From assembly GCA_964016885.1 (NCBI GenBank), contig OZ024740.1, positions 278,690,001-278,754,000 on the forward strand: a DNA stretch of 64,000 nucleotides, written 5' to 3'. Source of the stretch: Eledone cirrhosa. Its lineage: Eukaryota. Every line of letters begins with the position of its first letter. Within the stretch, counting starts at the first letter, position 1. The notes under the pieces are model-generated. The model saw nothing but the letters and a program-made list of their open reading frames with translations. It was not told where the DNA came from and did no database searches. The position numbers were made by a program, and so were the translations under genes. This document shows positions 37,900-51,912 of this stretch, in pieces.

Positions 37900-40150
37900 T
37901 TCTAATTTAAGCACAAAAGCAACAAACCATAGGGAAAAGGCAAAGTTGATTAAATCAATCCCAGTACTTGACTGGAACTTAATTTTATCGACCCTGGAAA
38001 GGTGAAAGGCAAAGTTGACCTCGGCGGGATTTGAATTCAACATGTAAACAGGAAGAACATTTTATCTGACGTTCTACAAATTCAGTCAATCCAGCATCCT
38101 TCTGTCTTATTTTATGAAACAATAGTAAGGACATGTTGTAGATTAGTCAAAAGGCGGCGAAATGGCAGAGTCGTTGGAACGTCGGATAGAATGCTTTGAG
38201 GTATTCGTTTCAGATCTCTGCCAGTCACAAATTGAATGAAATCCCGCGGAAGTCAACTTTGCCTTTCATCCTTTCGTGGTCGATAAAAAAATACCAGTCC
38301 AGTACTGGAGTCGATTCTTCCCCCTATATATCTCTTTTTCATTTCATTCTCTCACTCTCTATCCTTTTTCTGGAAGAAATCTACTGTATTCAGACCTGGA
38401 GAGGAGATGGGCTAGAAAATGCCCTAGAAATACCGTATATAAATACGGTGCCACAATAACTCCCTCGGGAGTTACGGGGAAAAGATTAGTCAAACACTAA
38501 GATACATATATATGGAATACTGTAAAAATATTATACCATCGGCTGGATATTCTTCTATTTGTGTGCTATTCCGTTTTCAAACCCACCATCTTCTTTGGTT
38601 TCTTTGGACGGTTTTTTTTGTTTTGTTGTTGTTGTTTTTGTTTTTATTGTTGTTGATGTTTCTTAAGGTAAAAGGACACTGGGTGGTTCCCTACGACCCT
38701 CTTACGGCACAACGTGGACCAGTTCTGAGAGATTGAAAACCAAACTAGATAAAAGAAAAGAACTAACCCCAGGGCTTGACTGGAACTTGATTTATCGACC
38801 TACAAAGAATAAAAGTGCAGAATCGGCATCAGGAAAATTTGAGCAAAGAACGCAAACAAGATATTTGACCATCCGTCTAATGGTTCTGTCAATCGGCCAC
38901 ATTTTGTAAATATATAATAGATTATTAAATATATTACGAATAAGATTATCTTTCTTTTGTTTGGTCAAGTCATTAAATTGTCCTGTAAATCAGTAAATAT
39001 TGTGCGGCGCTTAAGGCAGCTGTGCTCATTCTCATGCAGAATTAAGTAAGTGTTAGCCAAGAGTTTCAATCAATTTATGGCTGGCAATGATCCGAAAAAC
39101 ATACCAGACATATTAGAATATATATTTAGAATATATTCACGTAATTAGTTTTGGTCTAGTTAACTTACATTAAGCAGCTTGTAGGCAGTGGAAAATCTTA
39201 ATTAGATGTCTTTCAGGGGCTAAAGATTAAAATTAGTTGCCTAGGAAGCATTTGTAAGATCGTTTTCTAATGTATTTTTTAAAGTATTTATTCAGAATTG
39301 AGTGGCTGGGTTAAGATCTGGATCCGTCATGTTGTCATTTTATGTTTATTTATCGTTCAAACCAAATACAGAGGTTATAAGTGCAACAAGTTCCCTTTTG
39401 TGTAATCATCTGAAATGTTATTTATTACGATTAAACGTGTTTGTATGTATGTGTGTGTGATAAATACAATGTAAGTATAATTGCAACAAGGCTGCAAATT
39501 GACAGTCATTAGAACGTCAAATAGAATCTTTGCAGTATTCGTTCCAGCTTTCTACTCTCTGAGTTTAAAGCCCACCGAGGTCAACTTTGCCTTTCATCCA
39601 TTCTAGGTCGATAAAAAAAAGTACCAGTCTAGTACTGGGGGTCGATTTTTCCTCTATATCTCTTTCTCGTTTCCATTCTCTCACACTCTGTCCTTCTCTG
39701 CAAGAAATCTGCTGTGTTAAGACCTGGGCTCCACTAGGAATGCCGTATGTCAATGCGGTGCCCCTACGTCTCCCTCTGGGGTTATGAGATCATGCAGGCA
39801 TACGAATAGAACAAAGGCGGCGAATTGGAAAAGTTATTAGAACGTCAGATATGTTTTGTGTTGTTCGTTCCTGCTCTCTGCTTTTTGGGTTCAAATCTAG
39901 CCGAGGTCAACTTTGCTTTTCATCCTTTCGAGGTCGATTATAAAGTACCAGTTTAGTACTGGGATCGATTCATATTTTATATCTCTTTCTCACTCCCATT
40001 CTTTCACTTACACTCTATACTTTTCTGGAAAAACCTGCTATACTCAGGCCTGGAGGAGAGATGGGCTCCGCCAGGCTTAAAATACCCAAGACACGCTGTA
40101 CGTCCATATGGCACCCCTAGGACTCCTTCGGAAGTTACGGGGCCATACTA
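37900..40150. mobile_element. Cluster of older tRNA-SINE copies (37900-38100 -, 38152-38480 +, 38765-38900 -, 39488-39785 +, 39815-40145 +)
   Basis: Shared gtcaactttgcctttcatcc..gtcgataaaa..taccag body; three copies share an extended 3' part. Confidence 0.75.
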
Positions 40151-40280
40151 ATAGAACAGCAATTAGATGTGAAGCATGTTTCACGGAAAATTGACAGTTC
40201 ATCAAAAGGCAAGTGTATGTATAATATATAGATAGAGATAGATAAATAGATAGATAGATAGATAGATAGGTAGGTAGATA

Positions 40281-43200
40281 TATTTCTTTATTTGCCACAA
40301 GGGCGCAAAAGATGGGGACAAATATAATTGGGGAGTTTACATACAAGGCGTGTAAAAATGTATAACAAAAATGATGAATAAAACAAACGAAATCCCCAAT
40401 AGAGGAGGCGTTACAAATGGGTTGCACACACCCTGAAAAAAAGTACAACCCTCATCTCCAGGAGCACGAAGAGCGAGCATTCCTATCCTCTCTTCCTCTT
40501 CTTCCTCGACCTACAGACTTATATAAAGAGAAGGCCCAACCACTCGGGCCATCCTTGCCACATTCACCCACCTTTCGTAAAATATGCTGGGGTGCAGCAC
40601 CTCTCTCTCCACTCTGATTCTTCTTCTAAAATGATATTTGAAAAAGCGAACCAGTTGTTCGCCGGAGAGAAAGGTGTTTAACCTCAGCCCTTTCAGTCTC
40701 GTCCACCATATAGCCTCTTTCACCATGGCCATTACACAGAGGAAAACCGCTTCTCCTTCGTTTTTGAAGGAAGGTGGCGGTTTGATCGCAATAACGGACT
40801 CGGTAGTCAACCGGATTTGTCCCACCCGCGACAGTAGTCGTTCTGCGTAGCTCCACAGGTCGGTAACGCCTGGGCAGTGTACGAATGCGTGCGCGACGGT
40901 TTCCTCGTCCCACACGCATCTCGGACAGATCTTTTTCGAGGGATCCCTGCCCGGGCGCCCGTGTCTGTAGAGCTTGTCTCGAACAGATAGAGCTCCTCGG
41001 TAGCACTGCCAGGCCAGGGACTTTTGGAAGTTGTCCATCGGTCCCGGTCGGAAGGCCCTACCGAACAGACTGGCCAGTTCGTCTTCCTCTACGCCTAGAG
41101 TTTCTCCGAGAGTGTCGTCGCACTTGCTGCGGACTAGCCGTCTATAGAATGATGAGATAGAGTCTCCACTGATTGCTGGGTCCGTTTGCCAGAGGACTGT
41201 GAGCGCCTGAGCACATTCAATGTGCCAGTCGCCCATTTTCCTCGGTCTTTGCTTGACCCAGGACTGCAGCTCGGTCAGCGAGACGGGTCGCGGGAAAGCT
41301 CGCATCGTCAGCCACGGCATCCCCAGCCCTCCGTTTGAAGGGTGTTAACAGCAGATGGATCTTCTCACCAAAGGAGCCCGCTTCTTCCAAAGGAATTGGA
41401 AGAGTGCGCGCTCCATTTTGGTGAGCGTTTTACTTGGACAAGGCACGATGGTCAAGCGGTAGTAGATGACGCACGCTATGAAAGCGTTCGCCACCTCCGC
41501 TCGACCTTTCAAGGATAGTTTGCACTCGACCCACTTCTGGATGAGCGCAAACACCTTGGCCATCACCTCGTTCCAGTTTTTCTCCACCTGGAGGTCCGGT
41601 CCGAACCAGACCCCGAGCAGCTTCACCGGTCCCTCCGTCCAGCGTCCGACGACGCCGTCGGAAGGCATCGGTTTGCCTCTCCACGATCCGAGTTGCAAAC
41701 CGACGGACTTGTCCCGGTTCAGCTTCGCTCCTGTGAACCTTTCGTATTCCTTCAGCAAGGTGCCGACCTCCCCGATTTGCGAGGTGCTCGACACCATTAC
41801 TGTCACGTCGTCGACGTAAGCCGACGCCGCTTTTCGCAGTCCCGGTTCCAACGGAATGCCCTGCATCCGCTCCAACTTCCGCAGTAGTGGCTCGAGAGTC
41901 AGTACATACAGAAGGGAGGAGAGAAGGCATCCCTGTCGGATGGATCGCGTGATTTGGAACGGCTCCGAAAGGTAGCCATTCACCTTGACCCTTGAGCAGC
42001 AGTTGCTGCTGTGCATGGCAGCAATCCAGCCCCTGAACACGGGTCCAGGTAAAGGTGGCCAACCCTATCGAACGCCTTAGATTGATCCAAGTTGATCAGA
42101 GCCCCACCGAAGCCGTGTTTGCACCCAACCCTCTCTATGATGTATCGCATGAGGTGGAGGTTGTCGTGTATGGGCCTGGTCGGGATTGCGCACGTCTGCG
42201 CTTCTCCCACCAGGTTCCCGACGACAAGCGCTGGCCTCTTTGTTAATACCTTGGCCAAAATCTGTAATTCTGTGTTTAGCAGAGTTATGGGCCTGAAGTT
42301 ACCTATGTGGTCCCCCTTGTTCAGGTCCTTCCTGACTAGCGCAACTACGCACTTGATCACAGAACTGGGAATTCTCCCGTTCTGCTGCCTGTTGCAGTAG
42401 ACCGCTTCGAGGAGATCGGAGAACAAGTCCGGCATTGTTACGTAAAATTCATAGGGTAGACCTTCGAGACCCGGCGATTTGCGTTTGCCGCATTGGCTCA
42501 GCGCGTCCCCTATCTCAGCGGTCGAAATCGGCCTTTCGCAGGACTTCGCCTCCCCGTCCGAGAGTCGCGGCAGGCCGTTGAGGTATGGACCGAAATCCAT
42601 AGCCCCTCCCAGCGCGCCACCCTGCCCGAATAGTTGTGCAAAGTGCCTCTGAAAGGCCGCGCACATCTGCTCCGGTTCAAGTATCACGCGTCGGTCTTGG
42701 TCCTTCAAAGACCGAATCGTGGACTTGTTGCCACTTTTCGCCTCTGTCACTCGGGCCCAGCTAACAGCTTTGGCTCCCTCATTTCCCAGAGCACGTATTT
42801 TACTCCTGACAACGCAGCCTTCGTGCTTTGCGTCGAAAAACTGGTTCAGGGGCGTTCTTGTCGCTAGCACGTTAGCTACGCTGCCACTTTTAATCGCCTC
42901 TTCTACTTTATCTACCAGTTCCTTTTCAGTCTTATTCCTATCTAACGCTAGTTCTTTACTAAAGCCTATCGATTCTAATCTAATTGGTCTCTTAAGAGAG
43001 CACCACCACCTGTTGTTGACAATTGCCCCTGTCAACTGTTGCTTAACTAAAGTGCTAATCCGACTACTGTATGCTTTACGTGTCGGTAACTACAGGTTCA
43101 GCTTCCAGTTGCCGAGTCCCTGCCTATGGGTTCTATCAAGGTTGACTATGCAGGTCACTAGTTTGTGATCTGAATAGGCAACCATGAACATGTGTGGACA

Positions 43201-46002
43201 GCTTAATATGTCCCTATCCCTATCTCTAATTAGAAACCTATCTAAGTACGATCTAGATGTCCCGCTACGGTTCGTCCACGTCCACATGGGGCAGTCGGGA
43301 AATCTAGTCGGTATCTATCGGACGATTAACTGTTTAAGGCTGTTACACCCCCCTCTATCGGGACATGCTGACTCATAATCCCAACGTGCATTTAGGATTC
43401 CATTCCAGTCCCCCACTAAAAGCAAGGAACTGGACGTTCCCAGAAAAGTCTCCAGACGTTTGAAGAAGTCTGGCCGCGATGTCCCGGATGGGGCATATAC
43501 AACCACCAGTCTGAAGGCTCCACCTTCACTACTGCTAACGTCTAGGACCACCAGTCGACCCTCCGGGTCCAGATGTACCGTCTGTGTTACGAGGTCCAGG
43601 TGTTTCCGCAGCAAAACGGCAACCCCGCCCCCACCTCCCCGCTGACAGAGAGATGCGTAGATCTCAATGTCGTCGAAGATGGGGGCTAGCTGTCGCTCAC
43701 TGTGGATCCTGGACTCGCAAATAACTGCCACATCCATACTGTGCGATCTGAAGTCGTTTAAGAGTTTGCCCTGTTTCCAGGGCATCCCCAGGCCGTGCAC
43801 ATTCACACATCCGACTCTTATATTGGCCATGTTGGTGAGGAAGATTTTGAAAAGGAGAGGAAAGAATTCACTTACCTCCTCGCTTCCTGGAGACCAGGCT
43901 GCACAATGTCCATGGGGTGTTGGAGGGGTTGTTTGGTAGGGTGGTGGTTTCTGGCGCAGTAGGGACGGAGATGTTTGGTGGGGAGTGGGTGTCTGGTGGG
44001 GTGAGGGTGTCTGAGGCGGGGGTGGGGAAACATTTCAAAAGGACGCGGTTCATGGGTTTGACGCAGGAATTCCCCACGTGATTATCATAATTTTCTTTTA
44101 GAGACCTATATGTGTCCATCGGGACCCTAATCATTTTTAAGTTTGGTTTTTCCAAATAGTTTGTAAAAGTTTTCCCTTTAGTTTTTACCGCAGAATTTTT
44201 GGAGATGACCTCCATTAAAATTTTGTTTTCAGTATTTATGTATGTGTATGTGTAATGTTCTTGTTGTGTTGTGTTGGTTTTTGTCTGTTATTCTTGTGTG
44301 TGTTTTCGTTTTGTTGTAGGTATTTGTGTTTGGAGTGTTGTTGTTGTTGTTTTCAGGGGGGGGGGTTGTAATGTTTGTGTTGTTTGTGTTGGTGGTGTTA
44401 TGTCTTTTTTTCTTTCTTTTTGAGCGGAGAGGTTCTCCCTCATCATCACTGAGTGATGATGAGGGGGCCTCGTCCGTTGTGGTGTCTGTGTGATTGGGGA
44501 GGGGTACGTTTTGCGGAGCTGTTGTGCTTGTGGGTGTTTTTAGAGTTGTTTTAGGTGGGGAGGGGTTGGTGGGACTGTGTTTGCGGTTTCGTTTGTTTTG
44601 GTTATTTTTGTGTGTTGTTGTTGTTGTTGTGGTGGTGGTGGTGGTGGTGGTGGTGGTGGTGGTGGTGGTGGTGGTTGTGCTGTTGGGTTAGGCGTCGGCA
44701 GTAGTGCCTTTTTATTCAGCGCAGTTAACTGAGGACAGGAAGCCCTCAGGTGACCACTGCTTAAACAGTGGTAACATGAAGACCTCCTACCCTCAACACA
44801 AATGTTTATATAGGAAATTCCGTCCAGAGGCACACGTTGTTGTATTCTAGCTATTCGTTCTGGCCTCATTTGGACCAGAACTTCTAGGCTAGTACCACCA
44901 AATACCCCCCTGGAGGACTTTCCTATTGAAATTAATGTGTCTTCATCAAAGTTGATGAAGCCACATAATATCCACCAAATATTTACATTTGGTTTAATGC
45001 TTGACACTCTTATTTTTTGTGTCTGTTTTCCCATATATGTGGGGGAAAAGGTGTAGATGGGGGGGACACAATTGGCGATACAGAATATTTCTGTGCCTTC
45101 AATTGGTCTTTCATTATCACTGATAAACTCCCGAAGAGTTTTCCCTTCTGTATGAAGGTAATATCTTTCATGTAGTTTCTTAGAACCAACTCAATTTCAT
45201 TTTGCGTTAATTGAGCTGGTTTTCTGGTGGTGTTTGAGATTGTCCTGAAAATTATAGTTTTCAGGACAGTTTCTTTACACAATTCTTAGGGAGAAGTGTT
45301 GCTATAAGCGCCATTCTCACCAAAAGTCACGTATTGCCTTACGTATTTTAACAGTTCCTTGGCATTCGAAATGTCAATTGGTGTATACATTTCTGTCTTT
45401 TGGACAGTTTGTGCAAAAGTATTTTGGTCGTGGGGTTGTTCATTTTGGTGTTGGTGTCTTCCTTGTTGCTGTTGCTGTTGTTGGTGTTGGTGTTGTTTTC
45501 ATCATTGTTGTTGTTGTCCTTGATATTGATATTGTTCTGGTTGGTGTCGTTTGCATTTTTCATGGTGTTGTCATTGTTGCTGTTGTTGGTTGTGGTGTTG
45601 TCATTGTTGTTCTGGTTGGTGTTGTTATTACTGTTCGGGTTTGATCCCGTGTTTACATGCTTCTCAAACATGTCGACGTTAACAACGTCTTTCAAAAAGG
45701 TGAGGGGGGAAGGCTGCGTGCTTTGTACTCTTACTTCCTCTCCACCACCTTTCTTAGTGGGCGTGGCATTCATAGTTGAATGTATAGTAGTAATGGCATC
45801 CATTACTGAATTTAAAGTGTAAATAATTTTTCACAGCAAATTTTTCAAATGCAAATTTGAAAAGGGGTTAACCGACTGTCTGAAAGCCCAGACGAGGGGT
45901 CAAGCTAAACAACAATATCAAATTCAACAATGAACTTACAGTTTTTTGTATAGTAAATCCATAAATACTTCGCAGTGAAGTGACACACGTCTATCGATCA
46001 GG

Positions 46003-46003
<1 letters not shown>
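40281..46003 (-). mobile_element. Near full-length Tx1/L1-clade LINE, disrupted; ORF1 (zinc knuckle) ~45803-43868, ORF2 (APE-RT-zinc finger) 43830-40511
   Basis: ORF1 CYHCLSSGHLRASC; ORF2 MANIRVGCVNVHGL, LLVGDWN, SYLDRF..SDHK, SPGLEGLPYEFY, FRPITLLN, DQSKAFDRV, IRQGC..S.LLY, YVDD, CPRC..ETVAHAFVHC; AATAAA at the 3' end followed by (TATC)n. Confidence 0.95.
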
Positions 46004-46220
<217 letters not shown>

Positions 46221-46366
46221 ATAAATGTAGACAACTTCAAGACAGATTCGACAGGAAAAGGTAGACACGTATATCTGAAAATCCTTTAATCGCATACATA
46301 TCTTGTTGAAGCGATGTGAGCAACCCTATGATCAAGGACATTCTAGCCATGACCCTATCATCTTTT

Positions 46367-46540
46367 CAAACCTGCCAACTCTCCCCGTCCGATGGAGAGA
46401 TCTCACACCCACTTTGGGGCAGGTGAGATAAGTCTTCTCTTGTGAAAATGACAATAGCTTTCATTATGTAAAATCTCCCGATTTTGCCTCATTTCTCCCC
46501 CGTTTGGCGGCCCTCCCCGTTTGAGAGGTTGGCATGTCTG
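46367..46540. mobile_element. Small MITE
   Basis: Imperfect TIRs caaacctgccaac / gttggcatgtctg with internal ctccccgt repeats. Confidence 0.5.
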
Positions 46541-46569
46541 ATATTACTTGACTAAAAACTATTATTTGT

Positions 46570-46760
46570 TGGTGGATTGGCAGTATCAGTAGAGGGTCGG
46601 ACGCCCTGCTTTGACGCATAGAGTTACAGCCCTTTCCATTCTGAGTTCAAATCCCACCGAGGTTAACTTTGCCTTTCATCCTTACGGGGTCGATAAAATA
46701 AAACACCAGTAATACACTGGGATAATTGCTGGCCTTGTGCCAAAAGTAGAAACAATTATT
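46570..46760 (+). mobile_element. tRNA-derived SINE (major family)
   Basis: Full-length match to 15734-15925. Confidence 0.85.
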
Positions 46761-47479
46761 TATTGGTGATGTAATATTTACAGGTTGGTGGGTCTGTTTT
46801 TTACTCTTACGTTGACCACATTATCTAATGTTTCCTTCCTTTTATTTAGCCGTGTAGAATTTGTATTTATAGCATATACTGCTATTTCTTGTGCGGCTGG
46901 GGTGCGAGTGACGCATCGAGTGTTTAGATCTTATAAATATGTATGGAAATGTTGATTTACGTGAGCGGATGCATTTGCATGTTTGTGTGAGTGTGTATGT
47001 GTTTTCCTTTTTAATGCTGTATTCCTCAGCTTAGCACTAAGCCAGCCTTGATCGCACAGAATACCATACAAAGCATTCCAACCATAACTATCCAGACCCT
47101 TCTTTTGTCAGTATAGTCTATCTAGAACTACACTATCCAATGTATCAATCCCATTTTTAAGATGGTAGAATATGATTTGAAGGAGATGTGTTTGCTAATT
47201 GTTGCAAGTAGAACGACTATGTACAATGACTGTCGTTGTTTCAGAAGATGCGTTTGCGCATGTGTGTCTATGCATATGTGTGTATATGTGTATATGCGTG
47301 CAGTAGAAGTTCAATAAAGGTACTAAATCAGAGTTTCTAGATTGTTTTTTGAGTGGACTACACATCCCTCCGTTTTAGAGAACACATTTCCTCAGCACCC
47401 CGCCCCTACACACACGCACACACAATACAGTTGATAAAAAATTATACATTGGAAATTAATATATCTTTATTTTATTAAA

Positions 47480-47785
47480 GTGGCTTAGTGATTAGAGAGT
47501 TGGATTTGCAATCGTGAGGTTGCGAGTTCAATTCTCGGACCGGGTGATGCATTAACTATATTTCACGTTACTCCTTCTGCCAGGAGTTGTGACCGGTAGA
47601 TTTACGTAACCCATCAGAGCGATTTATTGAAGGCGTGTGGCTTAGTGGTTAGGAGATGTGTTATGTCCTTGAGCGAGACACTTCATTTCACGTTGTTCCT
47701 TCTGCCAGAGGTTTGCAACCGGTAGATAGTATCAGCAATAGAAAGACCAATGGAAACATTGATTCCTTGGTCCGATATGACGAAT
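47480..47785 (+). mobile_element. Two partial copies of the second tRNA-SINE family
   Basis: Homology to 29697-29900. Confidence 0.7.
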
Positions 47786-47970
47786 CTACCCCCACACCTT
47801 AAGAGGGCTGGGGTCTTGTCAATGAATTCCAATTTATTGAAGCTAGCAATCTTACGAGCAACTACTAATTTGAATTCTTTGGCCTCTGCCTTCATTCCAG
47901 CTACACCCCTAGCATCCCTTGACTTTCCGTGCTCCACCTGAGCCTTCCTATCAGGGGGTATAAGTGTTTC

Positions 47971-48008
<38 letters not shown>

Positions 48009-48164
48009 CGTGTGTGTATCGATGTAAATGTGTGAATGCAAGTAAATATTTTCTTTACATGCATTAATAGAAACAGTCTTAAAATTGATGCACAACTCAT
48101 GGAAATGACAAAAGCACCTATATATACATACATACATACATACATACATACATACATACATACA

Positions 48165-48703
48165 TGATGGCTGCCCCCTCGTTATCGAGTAATGCCATTG
48201 CACAATATACCATTATTAATAATTAATAATTATTAATTAATTCTATCGTACATTGCCTGTACGTGAAGATATTTTTTTAAAGTGAGGAAAGACTGAGCCA
48301 ATCCCACTCTGTGAGCGACAGTAGCTATAACCCAAAAAGAAGAAAAGATCAACATCATCGGTAACTACTGAGCCGCAGGTTTTATATCGGAGTTATCCCA
48401 GTTTCCTCGGTTGTCTTCTCCTAGAAATATGCCCTGACAAAGACTAGGGGTTCTTCACTCCCAGTGATTTAACCGCGCGGTACATGTGTGTATATACATA
48501 TTTACACACATTTGGATGGCCGTTGACTCTTATGAGTTCTTCTGCCCTTTGTCAGGTTTTGTTTTTTGTCCTGCAGGGTGTCCAAAATCACCCTCCTCAC
48601 CAAGTAAACTCGGTAGGGTTGCCGGTTTAGTCGCCGACGACCCGACCATGCGACAAGTTGTACTGGGTTACATGTTACCAGTAGCACTCAAGAGTGTCCC
48701 GAC
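48165..48703 (-). mobile_element. Non-autonomous RTE-like derivative flanked by (CATA)n on both sides
   Basis: Homologous to 2345-2982 at both the 5' segment and the 3' hairpin. Confidence 0.55.
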
Positions 48704-48756
48704 ATAGATACATACATACATACATACATACATACATACATACATACATACATACA

Positions 48757-48787
<31 letters not shown>

Positions 48788-48839
48788 TTATATGTATATA
48801 TATATATGTGTGTGTGTGTATATATATATATATATAAAA

Positions 48840-48864
<25 letters not shown>

Positions 48865-48871
<7 letters not shown>

Positions 48872-49269
48872 AGATCAAAAGATGGTTAAATGAGTTCCAT
48901 GTATTTTATTATGCGCATTTCAAAAACAAATATCATCATGCAATAACATTTGTGTTTTCATCAGATAAAATAGGAGGACATGATATGAAGGTTAAAAACA
49001 CTTGTGGATAGTGCAGTTTTAAATCAACATAAACTGCACTATCCACAAGTGTTTTTAACCTTCATATCATGTCCTCCTATTTTATCTGATGAAAACACAA
49101 ATGTTATTGCATGATGATATTTGTTTTTGAAATGCGCATAATAAAATACATGGAACTCATTTAACCATCTTTTGATCTTATATATTATGTATACTCCAGT
49201 CCTACAAACTGTAGAGTGCTTCTTATCCGATATCTGCATTGCTTTATTGTACTACAATAAAACTCACCT

Positions 49270-49272
<3 letters not shown>
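48865..49272. mobile_element. Fold-back element with two canonical outward-facing hammerheads (48902-48972 -, 49078-49148 +)
   Basis: tattttat-CTGATGA-aaacacaaat..atttgttttt-GAAA-tgcgca-TA-ataaaata; 8-bp stem I, palindromic stem III; arms perfect over ~150 bp. Confidence 0.88.
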
Positions 49273-49354
<82 letters not shown>

Positions 49355-49450
49355 AGTAAGGTTGCTTGGATGCGTCCATAGGTGGTATGCCAGTTGAGCA
49401 GTCTATGCTCCTTCGGAGCAGAGTATAATAATATGCCTCGAAATCACTAG

Positions 49451-49543
49451 ACGTATCTGAGGAACTTGCGAATCCAGAGTCAGGTCCGCTCCACAAACAA
49501 ATCGCACCTCGAGCTGTTCGCCGGAGAAACAATTGTAATACGT
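49451..49543 (+). ncRNA. Type I hammerhead ribozyme
   Basis: acgtat-CTGAGGA-..gcgaa..ttcgc..-GAAA-caattg-TA-atacgt. Confidence 0.8.
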
Positions 49544-49825
49544 AATAAATTGTGTTCCGATGCATCACTGATTCTTCGTTTTCAATATTATATATATATA
49601 TATATGTAAGCCGTCGAAACGGCTTGAGCTCTGCCGTCGGGGTCATACCTTTTCCTATTACCCACTCTACTACCCTAAGTATTGAGTACTCTGCTGCATT
49701 ATGGTCCATCTGGTTCCTTACCACATTTACTTAGTTGTATATATAGGTGTTGAAGTTTCCGTTGAAAAAGTCAGAGGAATGAAGAGTGCTCTATGTAAGT
49801 TACAGAGCTAAATATTTAATGTATA

Positions 49826-49901
49826 ATTGCCTTGTCTGACGAACGAATGCGGACGTTTCTTGTATCCGTCTTATTCGGGAAACCTCTGGTAAAGAGGTAA
49901 T
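49826..49901 (+). ncRNA. Type I hammerhead ribozyme (family B)
   Basis: attgccttgt-CTGACGA-acgaatg..tattcgg-GAAA-cctctgg-TA-aagaggtaat. Confidence 0.8.
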
Positions 49902-49914
49902 TATATTGTATTGT

Positions 49915-49954
<40 letters not shown>

Positions 49955-49959
<5 letters not shown>

Positions 49960-51565
49960 TAAAAACAATGAATAAAAACAAAGAAACACTTCCTTATATT
50001 AAAAATTCATCATTTTGCGATCGTTTCTAGGATATATATGTGTGTGTTGGTATGTATATCATATAGATCTATGTAAAAATTTTACAAACTATCAGAGGGA
50101 TTATACATACCTACACATATATATGCTGTCTTCAGAAATAATGATATTTGTTTATTGAAAAAAAACAACAAAGATTTAATATAATAGGTCTGTTTTGGAA
50201 CAGGTTTTGAATTAACTAATAGAAAAGTAGTAGTCAATTTGATAAAATAGTAGTAATAGAAATTTAATTTAGGGGTAGAGGAATGCAGACTTCAGTTTTG
50301 AATGGAAAGAATACTTTGAATGAAAAGATTACTTTGAATGAATATTCTTCTAATTCTATGATTGCACGATATAATTATATCGTGCAATCATAGAATTAGA
50401 ACTTTCAAATATTATAAATCTAATTAATATACACCTTACACTTATATTTTACAAATTATTATAGTTAGTTTTTTTAATTTTTAATTTAGTTAACCTATAA
50501 TTAGTATTTTACTACTGAGAACTTCATAATTTTATTTCCCTTTTACAGCTATCTTTTCCTAAAATTAATACCTATAAGTATACATATAAACTATTTTAAT
50601 TTCCTGTTATGAATCTAAATTCCTTGTAGTCTATATAAGTTTGTTATTTCTCACTAATACATTTATCCCTAAAAAGATTTTTCCTTCGTTTTTAACATCT
50701 AACTCCTCTTTAATAACATCTAACTCTTATTTATTAATATAAATTCTATATGAATTAATATAAATTTATCCCTATAAGTATACCTATCAATTAAATTAAT
50801 TTAATTTTTTATTATAGATCTAAATTCCTGGTGTTTTAAATAAGATTGGTATTTCTCACTAACACATTTAACCTAAAATGTTATTCTCCTTCGATTTTGA
50901 CATTAGCATTATTCTTTAATAACATCAAATTTCCGTGTGCCATTCACCGTCTTGACCTCTTTTCATCCCCAAAGTAATCTTTTCATTCAAAGTATTCTTT
51001 CCATTCAAAACTGAAGTCTGCATTCCTCTACCCCTAAATTAAATTTCTACTACTACTATTCTATCAACTTGACCACTTACTTCTTTTCTATTGGGCAATT
51101 CAAAACCTGTTCCAAAACAGACCTATTATATTAAATCTTTGTTGTTGTTTTTCAATAAACAAATATCATTATTTCTGAAGACAGCAGTGGATTGGCAGTA
51201 TCGGTAGAGGGTCGGACGCCTTACTTTCCAGCATAGTTACGTCCCTTTACGATCTGAGTTCAAATCCCGCCGAGGTTGACTTTGCCTTTCATCCTTACGG
51301 GGTCGATAAAATAAAGTACCAGTAATGCACTGGGTAATTTGCTGGCCTTGTGCCTAAAGTAGAAACAATTATTTCTGAAGACAGCATATATATGTGTAGG
51401 TATGTATATTACCTCTGATAGTTTGTAAAAATTTTACATAGATCTATATATCCAACATACACATATATATCCTAGAAACGATCGTAAAATGATGAATTGT
51501 TTAATATAAGGAACTGTTTAATATAAGGAACTGCTAAATAATTTCTTCATTGTTTTTATTAATTT
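49955..51565. mobile_element. Large fold-back element (arms ~49955-50335 / 50971-51565) with long-stem-II HHR
   Basis: Inverted arms; plus strand attattt-CTGAAGA-long stem II-GAAA-cgatcg-TA-aaatgatga at 51368-51495; spacer has a 54-bp palindrome (50348-50401) and ~200-bp-period direct repeats. Confidence 0.75.
51187..51367 (+). mobile_element. tRNA-derived SINE with 19-bp TSD
   Basis: TSD attatttctgaagacagca at 51168-51186 and 51368-51386; SINE absent from the sister arm (~50125-50145). Confidence 0.92.
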
Positions 51566-51692
51566 ATCTTGACTCTGTTTTCCTGTGATTTTCATCGAAA
51601 AAATGTTTGAATACATCTCTTTTCATGATATTTCGATTACATTGAGTTCTTCATACGGATTGGACACTACCGTATATTTTTGGTAGATTTAG

Positions 51693-51746
<54 letters not shown>

Positions 51747-51912
51747 AAACAACCAACCAGTAACATGTAAATAAACAAATAAATAAATAAATATAAACAC
51801 ACACAGACACCCGGATGTAACACATGCGCAAACTAAGCACACAACGCACACAAAAACAAGATGGCGTAGGACAGAACAAAGGAGAGGCACAAAAACAAAA
51901 AAAGAATCCCCA

